Shown piece by piece: positions 7,900 through 16,290 of a DNA stretch of 64,000 nt. The stretch is from contig DASTXL010000002.1 of assembly GCA_035758565.1 (NCBI GenBank), forward strand, positions 19,118-83,117, read 5' to 3'. Under the pieces are notes generated by a model. The model ran no database searches. It was not told the DNA's origin and saw only the letters and a program-made list of their open reading frames with translations. Position 1 is the first letter of the stretch. Each line of letters starts with the position of its first letter. Position numbers and translations under genes: made by a program. This stretch comes from Candidatus Saccharimonadales bacterium (lineage in GTDB: Bacteria; Patescibacteriota; Saccharimonadia; Saccharimonadales; UBA10212).

Positions 7900-8814
7900 A
7901 TGCGATATGAAAACGCTGTCACTGATTTTCTGGAATACTTAGAGCTAGAACAAAATCGCTCTAAAAAGACCATAGAAAATTATAGTCATTACTTGATGCG
8001 CCTTTCCGACTATGCCGGTGATATTAAGCTTAAAGACATAGACCCAGAGCTTATACGCAAATGGCGGTTATGGCTTAACCGCCTGGGCACTAACAGTAGT
8101 GATGAACTATCTAAAATAACTCAAAACTATCACCTTATTGCCCTGCGCGGTTTTTTGCGATTCTGCGCCCGTCGGGGATGGGAAGCTATGCCGGCGGATA
8201 AGATTGAACTAGCCAGAACCAAACGCCCCCAGGTCACCTTTTTAACGCCAGAGGAATTAGAGCGCTTAGCCGCCCAGCCCGAAATATCTAAATTGGTAGG
8301 TGCCAGAGATAGAGCTATTATTGAACTACTGTTTTCTAGCGGCTTACGCGTGAGTGAACTAGTTGGCTTAGACCGCGACCACATCAACCTTAAAAGGCGA
8401 GAATTCATGGTCCGTGGTAAAGGTCAAAAAGACCGACCAATATTTATTAGCCAAGAAGCCGCCGATTGGATAGAAAAGTACTTAAGCATGCGGCAAGATA
8501 ACGCTAATCCCCTGTTCATCCGCTATAGCGGTATTAAAAAAGCAGACACAAGCGGCAACTTTCAAAGACTAACTGCCAGGAGCGTGCAGCGCATGGTAGC
8601 CCGCTACGCCAAACTGGCCGGCATAACCAAACACGTTAGTCCGCATACGCTCAGGCACTCATTTGCTACCGATTTACTAATGAACGGCGCAGATTTGCGC
8701 AGTGTTCAGGCCATGCTTGGCCATAGCAATATTTCCACTACTCAGATCTATACGCACGTTACTGACCCGCACTTAAAGGCCGTGCATGAGCAGTTTCATC
8801 ACAAGCGAAGCTAG
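7900..8814 (+). CDS. tyrosine site-specific recombinase, XerC/XerD family
   Basis: N-terminal SAM-like core-binding domain. C-terminal RHSFAT...LLGHSNISTTQIYTHV catalytic signature (R..H..R..Y). Confidence 0.88.
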   Translation: MRYENAVTDFLEYLELEQNRSKKTIENYSHYLMRLSDYAGDIKLKDIDPELIRKWRLWLNRLGTNSSDELSKITQNYHLIALRGFLRFCARRGWEAMPADKIELARTKRPQVTFLTPEELERLAAQPEISKLVGARDRAIIELLFSSGLRVSELVGLDRDHINLKRREFMVRGKGQKDRPIFISQEAADWIEKYLSMRQDNANPLFIRYSGIKKADTSGNFQRLTARSVQRMVARYAKLAGITKHVSPHTLRHSFATDLLMNGADLRSVQAMLGHSNISTTQIYTHVTDPHLKAVHEQFHHKRS

Positions 8815-8913
8815 CTTTTTATAAGAATCTATTGTAAAAATTAGCCAGATCTTCCTTTGATTGGTCTAAGGTGTAAATACCCGTTCCTTCAAAACTAAAG
8901 GTGGTGATCCGCC

Positions 8914-10392
8914 TTGCGCGGAACTCACTTTACCCTGAGCGGCCTGCTGTTGGTAGCTGTCTGCGTGGCGGTCGCAACCGCCAACGCCGCGTCCAGTAAG
9001 AGAACCTGCTCTAGCTACTACATCATCGATTCGCGTGGCTCAGGGGTAAAGAACCTGTACCAAATCAGTTCGCCAGGGAGGGTGTTCATCGGCGAGTTCA
9101 AGGTATTGGCCCGCCAGACGACGATCCAAGCAGTGGCCAACCCCTATCCTGCCGTTGGCATCCTACCGACGTTCAAGCGGGAGATGACCCAACTGTCGGT
9201 CAGTTCAGCCAAGATCCTGGCCTACGCCGATGCCATCCGCGATGGACTGAACGGCCTCGGCGCGCTGACCCGCATCAAACAAATCGGTGCTTACCACGAT
9301 TCGGTTCTTGAGGGTGAAAAGAACCTCAAGAAGATGATTGAAGGCGAGATCAGCTCGTGCCCATCGACAAGGATCGTGCTCGATGGTTACTCGCAGGGGG
9401 CTCAGGTAACTGGGGACGTTTACCAGTCGCTAACGTTCTCTCAGCGGCGACACATCTTCGGCGTTGTGCTCTTTGGCGACCCGAGATACAACCACTCCTC
9501 GGTCACCGACATGGCGAAGCGCGACAACAACGGCATCTTGCCCGTCAGGGATAAATTTCCCCGCGACAGCCGCGGCAAGGTACTGTCGTACTGCCACGCA
9601 CAAGATCCTGTATGTCAGGGTCTGGGACAGTTCGTGTTGCACGGATCTGGTGCACACAAAACCTACGCTAAAACTCACGAACCCGAAGAGGCCGCCGACC
9701 AGCTGATGAGCAAGTCGCCCTCGCCCAGCTCGGGTGGTTTAGCGCCGGTACTGGTAACCGCACCGCAGATCAGCGGGACACGGAGCCTTCAAGGCATCCC
9801 GCTGGCTCTTGTCGGTAACCAGCTCAGTGTCAACGACGGTGCCTGGAACGGCAACCCGACGTCGTTCAGCTACCAGTGGTACCGCTGTGACAGCCCGGCC
9901 GACCAGCGGGAGTTCGACAACTGCCGGCCGATCGACAAAGCGCTAGCTGCGAATTACACCCTGGCGACCGCTGACCTAGGGCACACAATCCAGGTCAAAG
10001 TCGTGGCCAAGAACGCTAGCGGGTCTACTGCAACCTATGGCTACACCCATACAAACTACACCCAGACCCCCGGGCTGTTCGGTAACGTTGGTGCACCAAA
10101 CCCAATTGCTGACGACTTCTGGGCCGACATCAATGGCACAAGGTGCACAGGTGCTTGCACGATGAATCCTGGCGACGTGGTCACCGCCCACCCAGGCAGC
10201 TGGGACGGCCAAGGCGGGTCAGCGGCCATCACCTTCCATTACCAGTGGCAGAGCTGCACAACTCCTGGCGAGGACTGCAGCGACATCCCCGGCGCAACGA
10301 ACGCCAGCTACTCGAAGAAAGCCAGTGATCGCTGGCTCCGGGTAGACATCTATGGTTCGAATGCCTACGGAGCAAACGGCTTGTACTGGTAG
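8914..10392 (+). CDS. secreted cutinase-family serine esterase with two C-terminal YQW-type beta repeats
   Basis: Signal peptide. GYSQGAQV nucleophile elbow, then D...H (QDPVCQG...HGSGAH). Two repeats of the pattern GxWxG..(S/T)F.YQW..C......I.GA....Y. GC-rich codon usage unlike flanking genes. TTG start in the track, so the exact start is uncertain. Confidence 0.75.
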   Translation: MRGTHFTLSGLLLVAVCVAVATANAASSKRTCSSYYIIDSRGSGVKNLYQISSPGRVFIGEFKVLARQTTIQAVANPYPAVGILPTFKREMTQLSVSSAKILAYADAIRDGLNGLGALTRIKQIGAYHDSVLEGEKNLKKMIEGEISSCPSTRIVLDGYSQGAQVTGDVYQSLTFSQRRHIFGVVLFGDPRYNHSSVTDMAKRDNNGILPVRDKFPRDSRGKVLSYCHAQDPVCQGLGQFVLHGSGAHKTYAKTHEPEEAADQLMSKSPSPSSGGLAPVLVTAPQISGTRSLQGIPLALVGNQLSVNDGAWNGNPTSFSYQWYRCDSPADQREFDNCRPIDKALAANYTLATADLGHTIQVKVVAKNASGSTATYGYTHTNYTQTPGLFGNVGAPNPIADDFWADINGTRCTGACTMNPGDVVTAHPGSWDGQGGSAAITFHYQWQSCTTPGEDCSDIPGATNASYSKKASDRWLRVDIYGSNAYGANGLYW

Positions 10393-10413
10393 TGCTGAGA
10401 TCGAGGGAGATAA

Positions 10414-10455
10414 GGGTTGGGGCGGCGGCTTTTAAACACAGCGCCGCTCCAACCC
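10414..10455 (+). terminator. 14-bp GC-rich hairpin after the cutinase-like gene
   Basis: GGGTTGGGGCGGCG ... CGCCGCTCCAACCC (one G-U pair), 22 nt after the stop codon. Confidence 0.6.
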
Positions 10456-10459
10456 GAAG

Positions 10460-11165
10460 TAAATTATCTTCGCAAGGTTACACCCCGCGAAGAGTAGTCG
10501 GCTAATTCGTGCTTAATTTCGTCTAACATAGCTTTATGATCCTGGTAATCTTTTAAGAAGTTCTCATAGTTATCGCCTTCGAAGATGTCTAGAATACGCT
10601 GCGGTTTAATCCATTCGGCTTCATAACCATCTAAATAATAAGGCAGGCTAGACCATTTATAACGGCGATAATCTCTTGGGTTCAAGTGAATATAGCGAGA
10701 AATATGCTGCAAGTACTTGTCTTGGCTTATGCGAGAAGCCTTAAAGGTTCCTTGGAACAACCGCCCTGTCCTTCTGTACTTGTTATTAAAGTACATGGTG
10801 TAAGCTGTCAGGATCGATTGAACTAATTTGCTTATGGCCTTACCGTCCTGAAATTGATAGACCAGCAGGTGAAAGTGATTAGGCATTAAGCAAAATGCTA
10901 GCAATTCAATATGGTCTTTATAGTGAGGGTGTGGATGTCCATATTTACTTACTGCCGGTTCATTACTGAGATGCCTTTTAATAATGCTAAGAAAGACGGC
11001 AAAATCTTCTGGTGATTTGAAAATTGCTTGTCTATCCACCCCACGGTTATAGATGTGGTAATAGCTTTCAGGGATATATTGTTTGACTATGTTCCTGGAA
11101 GGCATAAATGTACTATACAGTGCTTTGTTATGTCTTCGCAAGGTTACACCCTGCGAGAGTTCTGA
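10460..11165 (-). mobile_element. IS200/IS605-family insertion element (~0.7 kb) bounded by hairpin-containing direct repeats
   Basis: A Y1 transposase gene is flanked by 27-28 nt direct repeats at 10467..10494 and 11133..11159 (tcttcgcaaggttacacccYgcgaRag). Each can form a CTTCGC/GCGAAG-type hairpin. The element is AT-rich and lies between two GC-rich terminators. Confidence 0.7.
10464..11105 (-). CDS. IS200/IS605-type (Y1, REP-associated RayT-like) transposase
   Basis: MPSRNIVKQYIPESYYHIYNRGVDRQAIF...LLAFCLMPNHFHLLV (HuH motif) ...YIHLNP. I start it at the ATG at 11105. The track ORF (to 11480) reads through the IS end into the neighbouring GC-rich terminator. Confidence 0.85.
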   Translation of the reverse strand: MPSRNIVKQYIPESYYHIYNRGVDRQAIFKSPEDFAVFLSIIKRHLSNEPAVSKYGHPHPHYKDHIELLAFCLMPNHFHLLVYQFQDGKAISKLVQSILTAYTMYFNNKYRRTGRLFQGTFKASRISQDKYLQHISRYIHLNPRDYRRYKWSSLPYYLDGYEAEWIKPQRILDIFEGDNYENFLKDYQDHKAMLDEIKHELADYSSRGVTLRR

Positions 11166-11222
11166 GGGGGGGTTTGGGGGAGGGTTATAAATTGATAAGT
11201 AAAAATTATAAAAGTTGTTCTG

Positions 11223-11258
11223 CCCGAGGGGCGCGCACGGATTTGCGCGCCCCTCGGG
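11223..11258 (-). terminator. perfect 14-bp GC hairpin after the 302-aa GC-rich gene
   Basis: CCCGAGGGGCGCGC-acggattt-GCGCGCCCCTCGGG, 9 nt downstream of the minus-strand stop codon at 11267. Confidence 0.6.
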
Positions 11259-11266
11259 ACTTCGTC

Positions 11267-12175
11267 CTAGCCGTGTGACGTGAGCTGTGCGCAGCCGTCT
11301 TCTTTGCCGTTGAGCTTGAAGACGGCGTTCGACAGCTCCATGCTCCTGTCCGGGAACACGAGCTCGAAGGTCACATAGAGAGTGCCGCCAAGGTCCGGAG
11401 GGACCTGGAAGTTCTCCACCTGACCCAGCGGCGTTCCCGTCTCGCTGCACCTGTCCGTGGAATTGGGGTGGGTGAGCCACACGTAGACGAACGGCGCGAC
11501 GACCTCTCCGTCAGCGCACTTCCACTCCATGGGCTGGATCGGAAGACCCATCCACGTGACGCCGCTTGCCGGCTTCGTGTACTTCCAGCAGAAGGTCGAC
11601 GAACTGGCGAACGAACCGTCGTACACCGAGCCGCCCTCCATCTGCGGAGGAGTTAGCCATGCAGGCCTCCCCAAGACCGGGACGCCGCAGGGCTGCACGG
11701 GGTCAGCAACGCCCCATGCGCAAACCGCCGAGGCGGAAGGCGCAGTGGTCAGCTTGGCGCACTCGAGCTGGTCACCACCGAGATCGGCCGAGACCATCTT
11801 GGTGATGCTCAGGTACTTGCCGTTGTACTTCAGCTTCGACCGCAGGGTGACCGCGGCCTTGAACGCACCTGGAACCTGCAGCTTGAGCTTCGAGCCGGAG
11901 CCCGTCTGCGCTGAACCGCAGGTGTTGCCCGAGGAGTCGCTCCTCGTGACCACATAGGCCGGCGACTTGACGGCGATCTTCTTGCCTCCGCGCTTGATCC
12001 AGCCGGAGGCAGTCACGTAGTTCGTCGTCTTGTTGATGGTGACGGTGAGGCTCTTCTGCACCCGCAGGGCTGCCGACGACGGCTTCCCCTTGGCTGCGGC
12101 CGCGTTTGCGGCCAGAGCCACCGCCATGGCGAGAACGAATCCCGCCACCAGCAGCCTTTTGCTCATTCGTTTCAC
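11267..12175 (-). CDS. secreted hypothetical protein (GC-rich, foreign-looking)
   Basis: Signal peptide (LLVAGFVLAMAVALAANAAAA). Cys-containing beta-rich sequence with no recognisable family. GC3-rich codons like the cutinase-like gene. Confidence 0.7.
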   Translation of the reverse strand: MKRMSKRLLVAGFVLAMAVALAANAAAAKGKPSSAALRVQKSLTVTINKTTNYVTASGWIKRGGKKIAVKSPAYVVTRSDSSGNTCGSAQTGSGSKLKLQVPGAFKAAVTLRSKLKYNGKYLSITKMVSADLGGDQLECAKLTTAPSASAVCAWGVADPVQPCGVPVLGRPAWLTPPQMEGGSVYDGSFASSSTFCWKYTKPASGVTWMGLPIQPMEWKCADGEVVAPFVYVWLTHPNSTDRCSETGTPLGQVENFQVPPDLGGTLYVTFELVFPDRSMELSNAVFKLNGKEDGCAQLTSHG

Positions 12176-12274
12176 ATCCCTTCACCGCTGTCCTATAGCG
12201 GTATCGAGGTTGACGTTGTCAATCTAAGCTAGGACGACCATATTATATCATATAATACTAGATAATGCTAGAGG

Positions 12275-12883
12275 CTATTGGTCAATTTTTAAACTTTGCG
12301 TAATATGATCCCAAACAACTGTATTGGCTTGCCAGTTATCTTTATTAGAGGAGGTTAGAAAAAAATAGTATTCTGAGCCACTAATGACATATATGACCTC
12401 GCCCTCGAACAAGTTTTGATTCTTTGACGAAGAAAAAGTAAAAAACCAGGCATTATCTTTAATGTAATTATTTTTAAAAGTTTCTTGCGTACCAAGTTTT
12501 GTTTCCCACCCTAATGGCATTCTATCCGTAACAAATTTTTTAATGTTGGTGATGGTTTGACTATCCAGAGATACGATAGAATTTTTAGGCAGAGTATAAG
12601 TGCCAGTAACTGAAGCGGCAGCCATATAAGTTTCTCCATTTTTGCCACCACTCTTCCATTGATGAAGTAACTCCACCTGATCGTTGGAGCTACTATATTT
12701 GGTAAGTTCTACAGGTTTGTCGAAAGCGAGACCTGCGCCTTGTTCTGGGCCCGATAGCTTAAAACTAGAGTACTGTTCATACTCAAATGTAGCCTTATTT
12801 TTGGAATTCAGGACATATAGCCCTGCCCCAGCCCCTAAGATGACTATAGCCAAAACTAATATTGTTAGTGTTTTCTTATTCAT
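12275..12883 (-). CDS. membrane-anchored hypothetical protein
   Basis: N-terminal TM/signal anchor. AT-rich. Last gene of the minus-strand pilin gene string. Confidence 0.6.
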   Translation of the reverse strand: MNKKTLTILVLAIVILGAGAGLYVLNSKNKATFEYEQYSSFKLSGPEQGAGLAFDKPVELTKYSSSNDQVELLHQWKSGGKNGETYMAAASVTGTYTLPKNSIVSLDSQTITNIKKFVTDRMPLGWETKLGTQETFKNNYIKDNAWFFTFSSSKNQNLFEGEVIYVISGSEYYFFLTSSNKDNWQANTVVWDHITQSLKIDQ

Positions 12884-12892
12884 TTCGTTCCT

Positions 12893-15436
12893 TTAGCAAA
12901 TCGGCACCAATCTACCGAAGTAAATTATTCCAAAATCTGGGAGGAATGGTGCGCTTGTATTTAAGCCACAGCCTCCGCCACCGCCAGAGGACCCTCCTCC
13001 TCCACCAGAGGATCCGCCGCCGCCGGAGCTACCACCGCCACTAGGAGGCGGAGGAGGAGGTGGCGGCGGCGGACTGTATGAATCTGATACGGAAGTATTG
13101 CCTGTGTTACCAAAAACTGCGCTATGACAAACTATATTTATCGTGACAAAGCCGGGCCAGAAGGGCCAACCAAAAGTTTTGTTGTATTGAGGAACTCCCC
13201 AGTAGGTGCCAGTAGGTATATCTCCGTCATTAGTGGATTTACCACTTGCTTGGCAATAGTCAATATATCCGTTTGGCTGACTTGCATTCCAACTAACGCA
13301 AATTACATATGAGTGCACTCCATCGCGACACCACCCACTTTTAACCAGAGGCCAATCAGTGTATTCAGCAGCTATCGATGATATTGCTGTCACAGGAGGT
13401 GGCGGAACGGTGTAGCAGTTATTCCTATCCACTAGCTGGCCCCAGACACCAGCGCTGGCGCGGATTCCTAGACAAAATGTTTGATTGCCATAAGAACTAG
13501 CTCTTACGCCTGTGCGGAAAGGTCCGCCGTTATAGTAAACTCCGCAACTATTCACCGATGGATCAGAGTCTGTAGTGCTGTAGATGCAGTAATATCCGGA
13601 CCCTGGACTAACGGTGGGACAATTGCCGCTCCAAGAGAAGCTGGCCGTGCCATCACCATTATTCCAAACATTAGTGTTGGCGTCACAGCTCGGCGGATTT
13701 ATTCGAGTATTGCCGCCACCACGGCCGACATTCCAGACAGCCGTGGATGACTGCCGGCCAATAGGATCCCAGCAGGTTATTGAATAAGATTTGCCGCTAT
13801 CATCGTTCCAGTTGGTGCCAAAGCCCCTGCTATCTGACGCTCCAGATGGGTTTAGGCCATTATAGGTTTGGTTCCAAGGCTCGTTGCCAGAGCTCGAAAT
13901 AGTACATTTTGAAGCGTTAACCGACGACCAGCTGATGGTGTACGAAGAGCCGGCTTGGTATGACCCCGGCCCAGACAAACTGACGCGAGGCGGAGGCCAG
14001 GCCGTGACGGTTTTGGTAGCCGTTGTGCCGCCCGGACCCTTGCACTGCATGCTATAGGTTGTGTAATTAGAGATTCCGCCAAAGGCTTGGTTGCCAGTAC
14101 CGGTCACTCCGCTCCAGCTAGAGGCTGGGTTTTTATCACCACTCCAACCGCCGCTGGCATTGCACGAAGTAGCTGAGTCTGTGCTCTTCCAGTTAACAGT
14201 CGCCGCACTATCTACATAAACAACACCGCTATATCCGGAGCCGCCTGGCGTAGCGTCGCCGCTGTCGCGCGTCACGCCGCCGTCGTTGCCATTGTTGCCA
14301 GTTATGCTAAGCGTTAGCGTTGGCGGGACGGTTGGGATCCCACTGGAGTTACCGCTACAGGTACTTGGAGCGTCATTGAGAATATAGTTGTAGTAGCTCT
14401 TGTGAAGCTCAAGTTGCTTACACAAAGCTATAGCCGATCGAATGGCAAAGTCCGGCGCGGCATCGGCCGAAGCTGCTATGTTATCACCGGTGGTGTTGCT
14501 ATCTACCCTTTCTTGTAAACGCTTGGCGGCGTTGTTGGCTGTAGCCGTGGCGTCAATAACAGTTTGAACCTGCTCAAACTCTACGGCCTGCTGAGCACTG
14601 TTGTCGGCTTTAATCCGAACATCTGCCTGGTTATACATTGGAGTCAAGGTAACGTAGTAGTAGGAATCAGGAGCTATGTTGGCGTAAAGACCGTTGATTA
14701 TAGCGTTGCAGTCATAGCCAGAAGTTGTGGTGTCTGAATCGAAACCGACGACGTTCTTGGCATTGCAGGCCACTTGCTCCACTGACCCATCAGCTGTGGA
14801 GTATGGGAAAGTAGTAACGTTACCACCGCCAGAACCAGGCACAAGGAAAAAAGTTTTGGAGTTAGACTGGATGCCTGAAATTTGACCACTGGGAGGTACC
14901 GGGTAGAGACCTATTCTTAAGACCGGCGCATAGTTGTTATTATTCCAGGTTGGCAAATCGGAGAAGGATAAACTGCTCGGGAAGGCGTTCTTGGTGCGAT
15001 CCGTCGCCTGCCAAGAAACCATGACCTTGTCTACGGCATCGGAAGTTGTAGCCTTGATGATCTGCGAGCCATTAGGCGGTAATTGCTGGTACAAAAGATC
15101 AGTTGGCGTGGGATTGACCATCAAACAAGTAATTTTGGTGTTGCCGTCGCCGGAAAGATCTACCAGATTAGAAAGGCCCGGCTCTTTAAGCAGAGAGGTG
15201 CAGTCGTTGGAAGAAACAGTAGTGGGGTCGGACTGCCCTTTGATATAAGCCATGGCGTCATTAACGGCTGATTGAGCAGCATAAGAAGCGGCTGCACTCA
15301 ATTGATTATTGAGCGAGTTGGTCACAGCCCGGTCCATGATGCGGCTGAAGCCCAGGGTAATCAACGCCAAAAGAACCACCAGTACGCCTACAATGACGAT
15401 GGAGGCTAGGCCGTCTTGATTGTGTGTGCGTCTCAT
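12893..15436 (-). CDS. large PilX-N-like pilus-associated protein (847 aa) with poly-Pro / Gly-Ser C-terminal tail
   Basis: After the ATG at 15436 (ATGA overlap with the upstream gene stop): MRRTHNQDGLASIVIVGVLVVLLALITLGFSRIMDRAV...AAQSAVNDAMAYI. This resembles the PilX N-terminal domain of minor pilins. Ig-like, Cys-containing repeats follow. The C-terminus is PPPPPPPPPPSGGGSSGGGG.... Confidence 0.7.
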   Translation of the reverse strand: MRRTHNQDGLASIVIVGVLVVLLALITLGFSRIMDRAVTNSLNNQLSAAASYAAQSAVNDAMAYIKGQSDPTTVSSNDCTSLLKEPGLSNLVDLSGDGNTKITCLMVNPTPTDLLYQQLPPNGSQIIKATTSDAVDKVMVSWQATDRTKNAFPSSLSFSDLPTWNNNNYAPVLRIGLYPVPPSGQISGIQSNSKTFFLVPGSGGGNVTTFPYSTADGSVEQVACNAKNVVGFDSDTTTSGYDCNAIINGLYANIAPDSYYYVTLTPMYNQADVRIKADNSAQQAVEFEQVQTVIDATATANNAAKRLQERVDSNTTGDNIAASADAAPDFAIRSAIALCKQLELHKSYYNYILNDAPSTCSGNSSGIPTVPPTLTLSITGNNGNDGGVTRDSGDATPGGSGYSGVVYVDSAATVNWKSTDSATSCNASGGWSGDKNPASSWSGVTGTGNQAFGGISNYTTYSMQCKGPGGTTATKTVTAWPPPRVSLSGPGSYQAGSSYTISWSSVNASKCTISSSGNEPWNQTYNGLNPSGASDSRGFGTNWNDDSGKSYSITCWDPIGRQSSTAVWNVGRGGGNTRINPPSCDANTNVWNNGDGTASFSWSGNCPTVSPGSGYYCIYSTTDSDPSVNSCGVYYNGGPFRTGVRASSYGNQTFCLGIRASAGVWGQLVDRNNCYTVPPPPVTAISSIAAEYTDWPLVKSGWCRDGVHSYVICVSWNASQPNGYIDYCQASGKSTNDGDIPTGTYWGVPQYNKTFGWPFWPGFVTINIVCHSAVFGNTGNTSVSDSYSPPPPPPPPPPSGGGSSGGGGSSGGGGGSSGGGGGCGLNTSAPFLPDFGIIYFGRLVPIC

Positions 15437-16272
15437 GAATGTAACCCCTCGTAAACCCCTGTGCTCAAACGGGTGACGGAACAAAATGCTTGGTCTTGCT
15501 GTCCGCCCGTGCAAGCTATTTTGTCTGGATCGTTGAGATCAGAAAACGCACTGTCCGCCCCGAATGCAATGGTTATGTTTACATTATAAAGTTCACCATT
15601 AGCACTAGCAATATCGAGCTTCATTAGGCGCATGTGATTACCAAGCATTTCGGCCGGCTTATTAAATGGCAAAGTGCCCGACGCGCAGCCGGTTGATGTG
15701 GGACAAGGCTCGGCACAGGCTGTAGCGCCTGGCAAAATATCCTTAACCAGGCCGAAGTTGCCGCCTGGTGAATAATCTTCTGGCTGGCTGGTGTCTAGCT
15801 CTTTGGGCGAAACATTAAAGGTGTAGCGCACGCCGCCAATACAGTAGTAATAATAGTTATAGCTGGCACCTTTTTGCAGGGTGGAAACACTGGCAGCATT
15901 CTCGATATTGCTAGTAACGTCGTTCATTACCTGGCTGGTTATGTTCTGTGTTTGATTAATGGTTACGCCTTTGTAAAAAATGCGGCCGATTGAGGTAAAG
16001 CCGGCTAGCGCTACTAGTAAAACGAGGCTAAAGACAGATGTGGCGATCATTAATTCAATGATCGTGAAACCTCCTGGCGCCAGCGCCGTTCTACCCTGCT
16101 GACTAGCAGAGCTAGTCACTCTGGTAGAACTTTTGGCCAATTGCGGCGTCAACTGTGTACGATACTCGCTCAACGTATTGCATATACGCTTCGCTCGTTT
16201 CTCCTGGTTTCCTTGCACTTGGCTCAAACGCTGATGCCAGGATTGCGGTGCCCTCTTCATCTCTTTAATCAT
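15433..16272 (-). CDS. minor pilin / pseudopilin with prepilin-type N-terminal cleavage-methylation motif
   Basis: APGG|FTIIELMIATSVFSLVLLVALAGF (G-1, E+5). It is preceded by a 66-aa basic leader if the ATG at 16272 is used. Internal TTG/GTG starts are possible. Confidence 0.75.
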   Translation of the reverse strand: MIKEMKRAPQSWHQRLSQVQGNQEKRAKRICNTLSEYRTQLTPQLAKSSTRVTSSASQQGRTALAPGGFTIIELMIATSVFSLVLLVALAGFTSIGRIFYKGVTINQTQNITSQVMNDVTSNIENAASVSTLQKGASYNYYYYCIGGVRYTFNVSPKELDTSQPEDYSPGGNFGLVKDILPGATACAEPCPTSTGCASGTLPFNKPAEMLGNHMRLMKLDIASANGELYNVNITIAFGADSAFSDLNDPDKIACTGGQQDQAFCSVTRLSTGVYEGLHS

Positions 16273-16284
16273 AAGCTATTTGCC
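16245..16284 (-). promoter_or_regulatory. conserved 5' module of pilin genes, copy 1 (copy 2 at 17821..17859, related copy at 21070..21110)
   Basis: gcggtgccctcttcatct(c)t(t/a)taatcataagctatttgcc is shared nearly identically. On the coding strand it reads GCTTATGAT..ATGAAGAGGGCACCGC. Confidence 0.6.
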
Positions 16285-16290
16285 CTAAAG

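Noticed and set aside
11106-11480. N-terminal 125 aa of the 338-aa track ORF (10464..11480)
   Set aside because: The extension reads through the IS end repeat, the GC hairpin terminator and the 3' end of the convergent GC-rich gene. The composition switches abruptly, and the transposase homology begins at the internal Met (11105).
11468-12227. Several overlapping ORFs in other frames and on the other strand of the GC-rich gene (11529..11957, 11566..11805, 11772..12185, 12030..12227)
   Set aside because: High-GC DNA gives long stop-free frames. Only the 11267..12175 frame has a signal peptide and a plausible composition.
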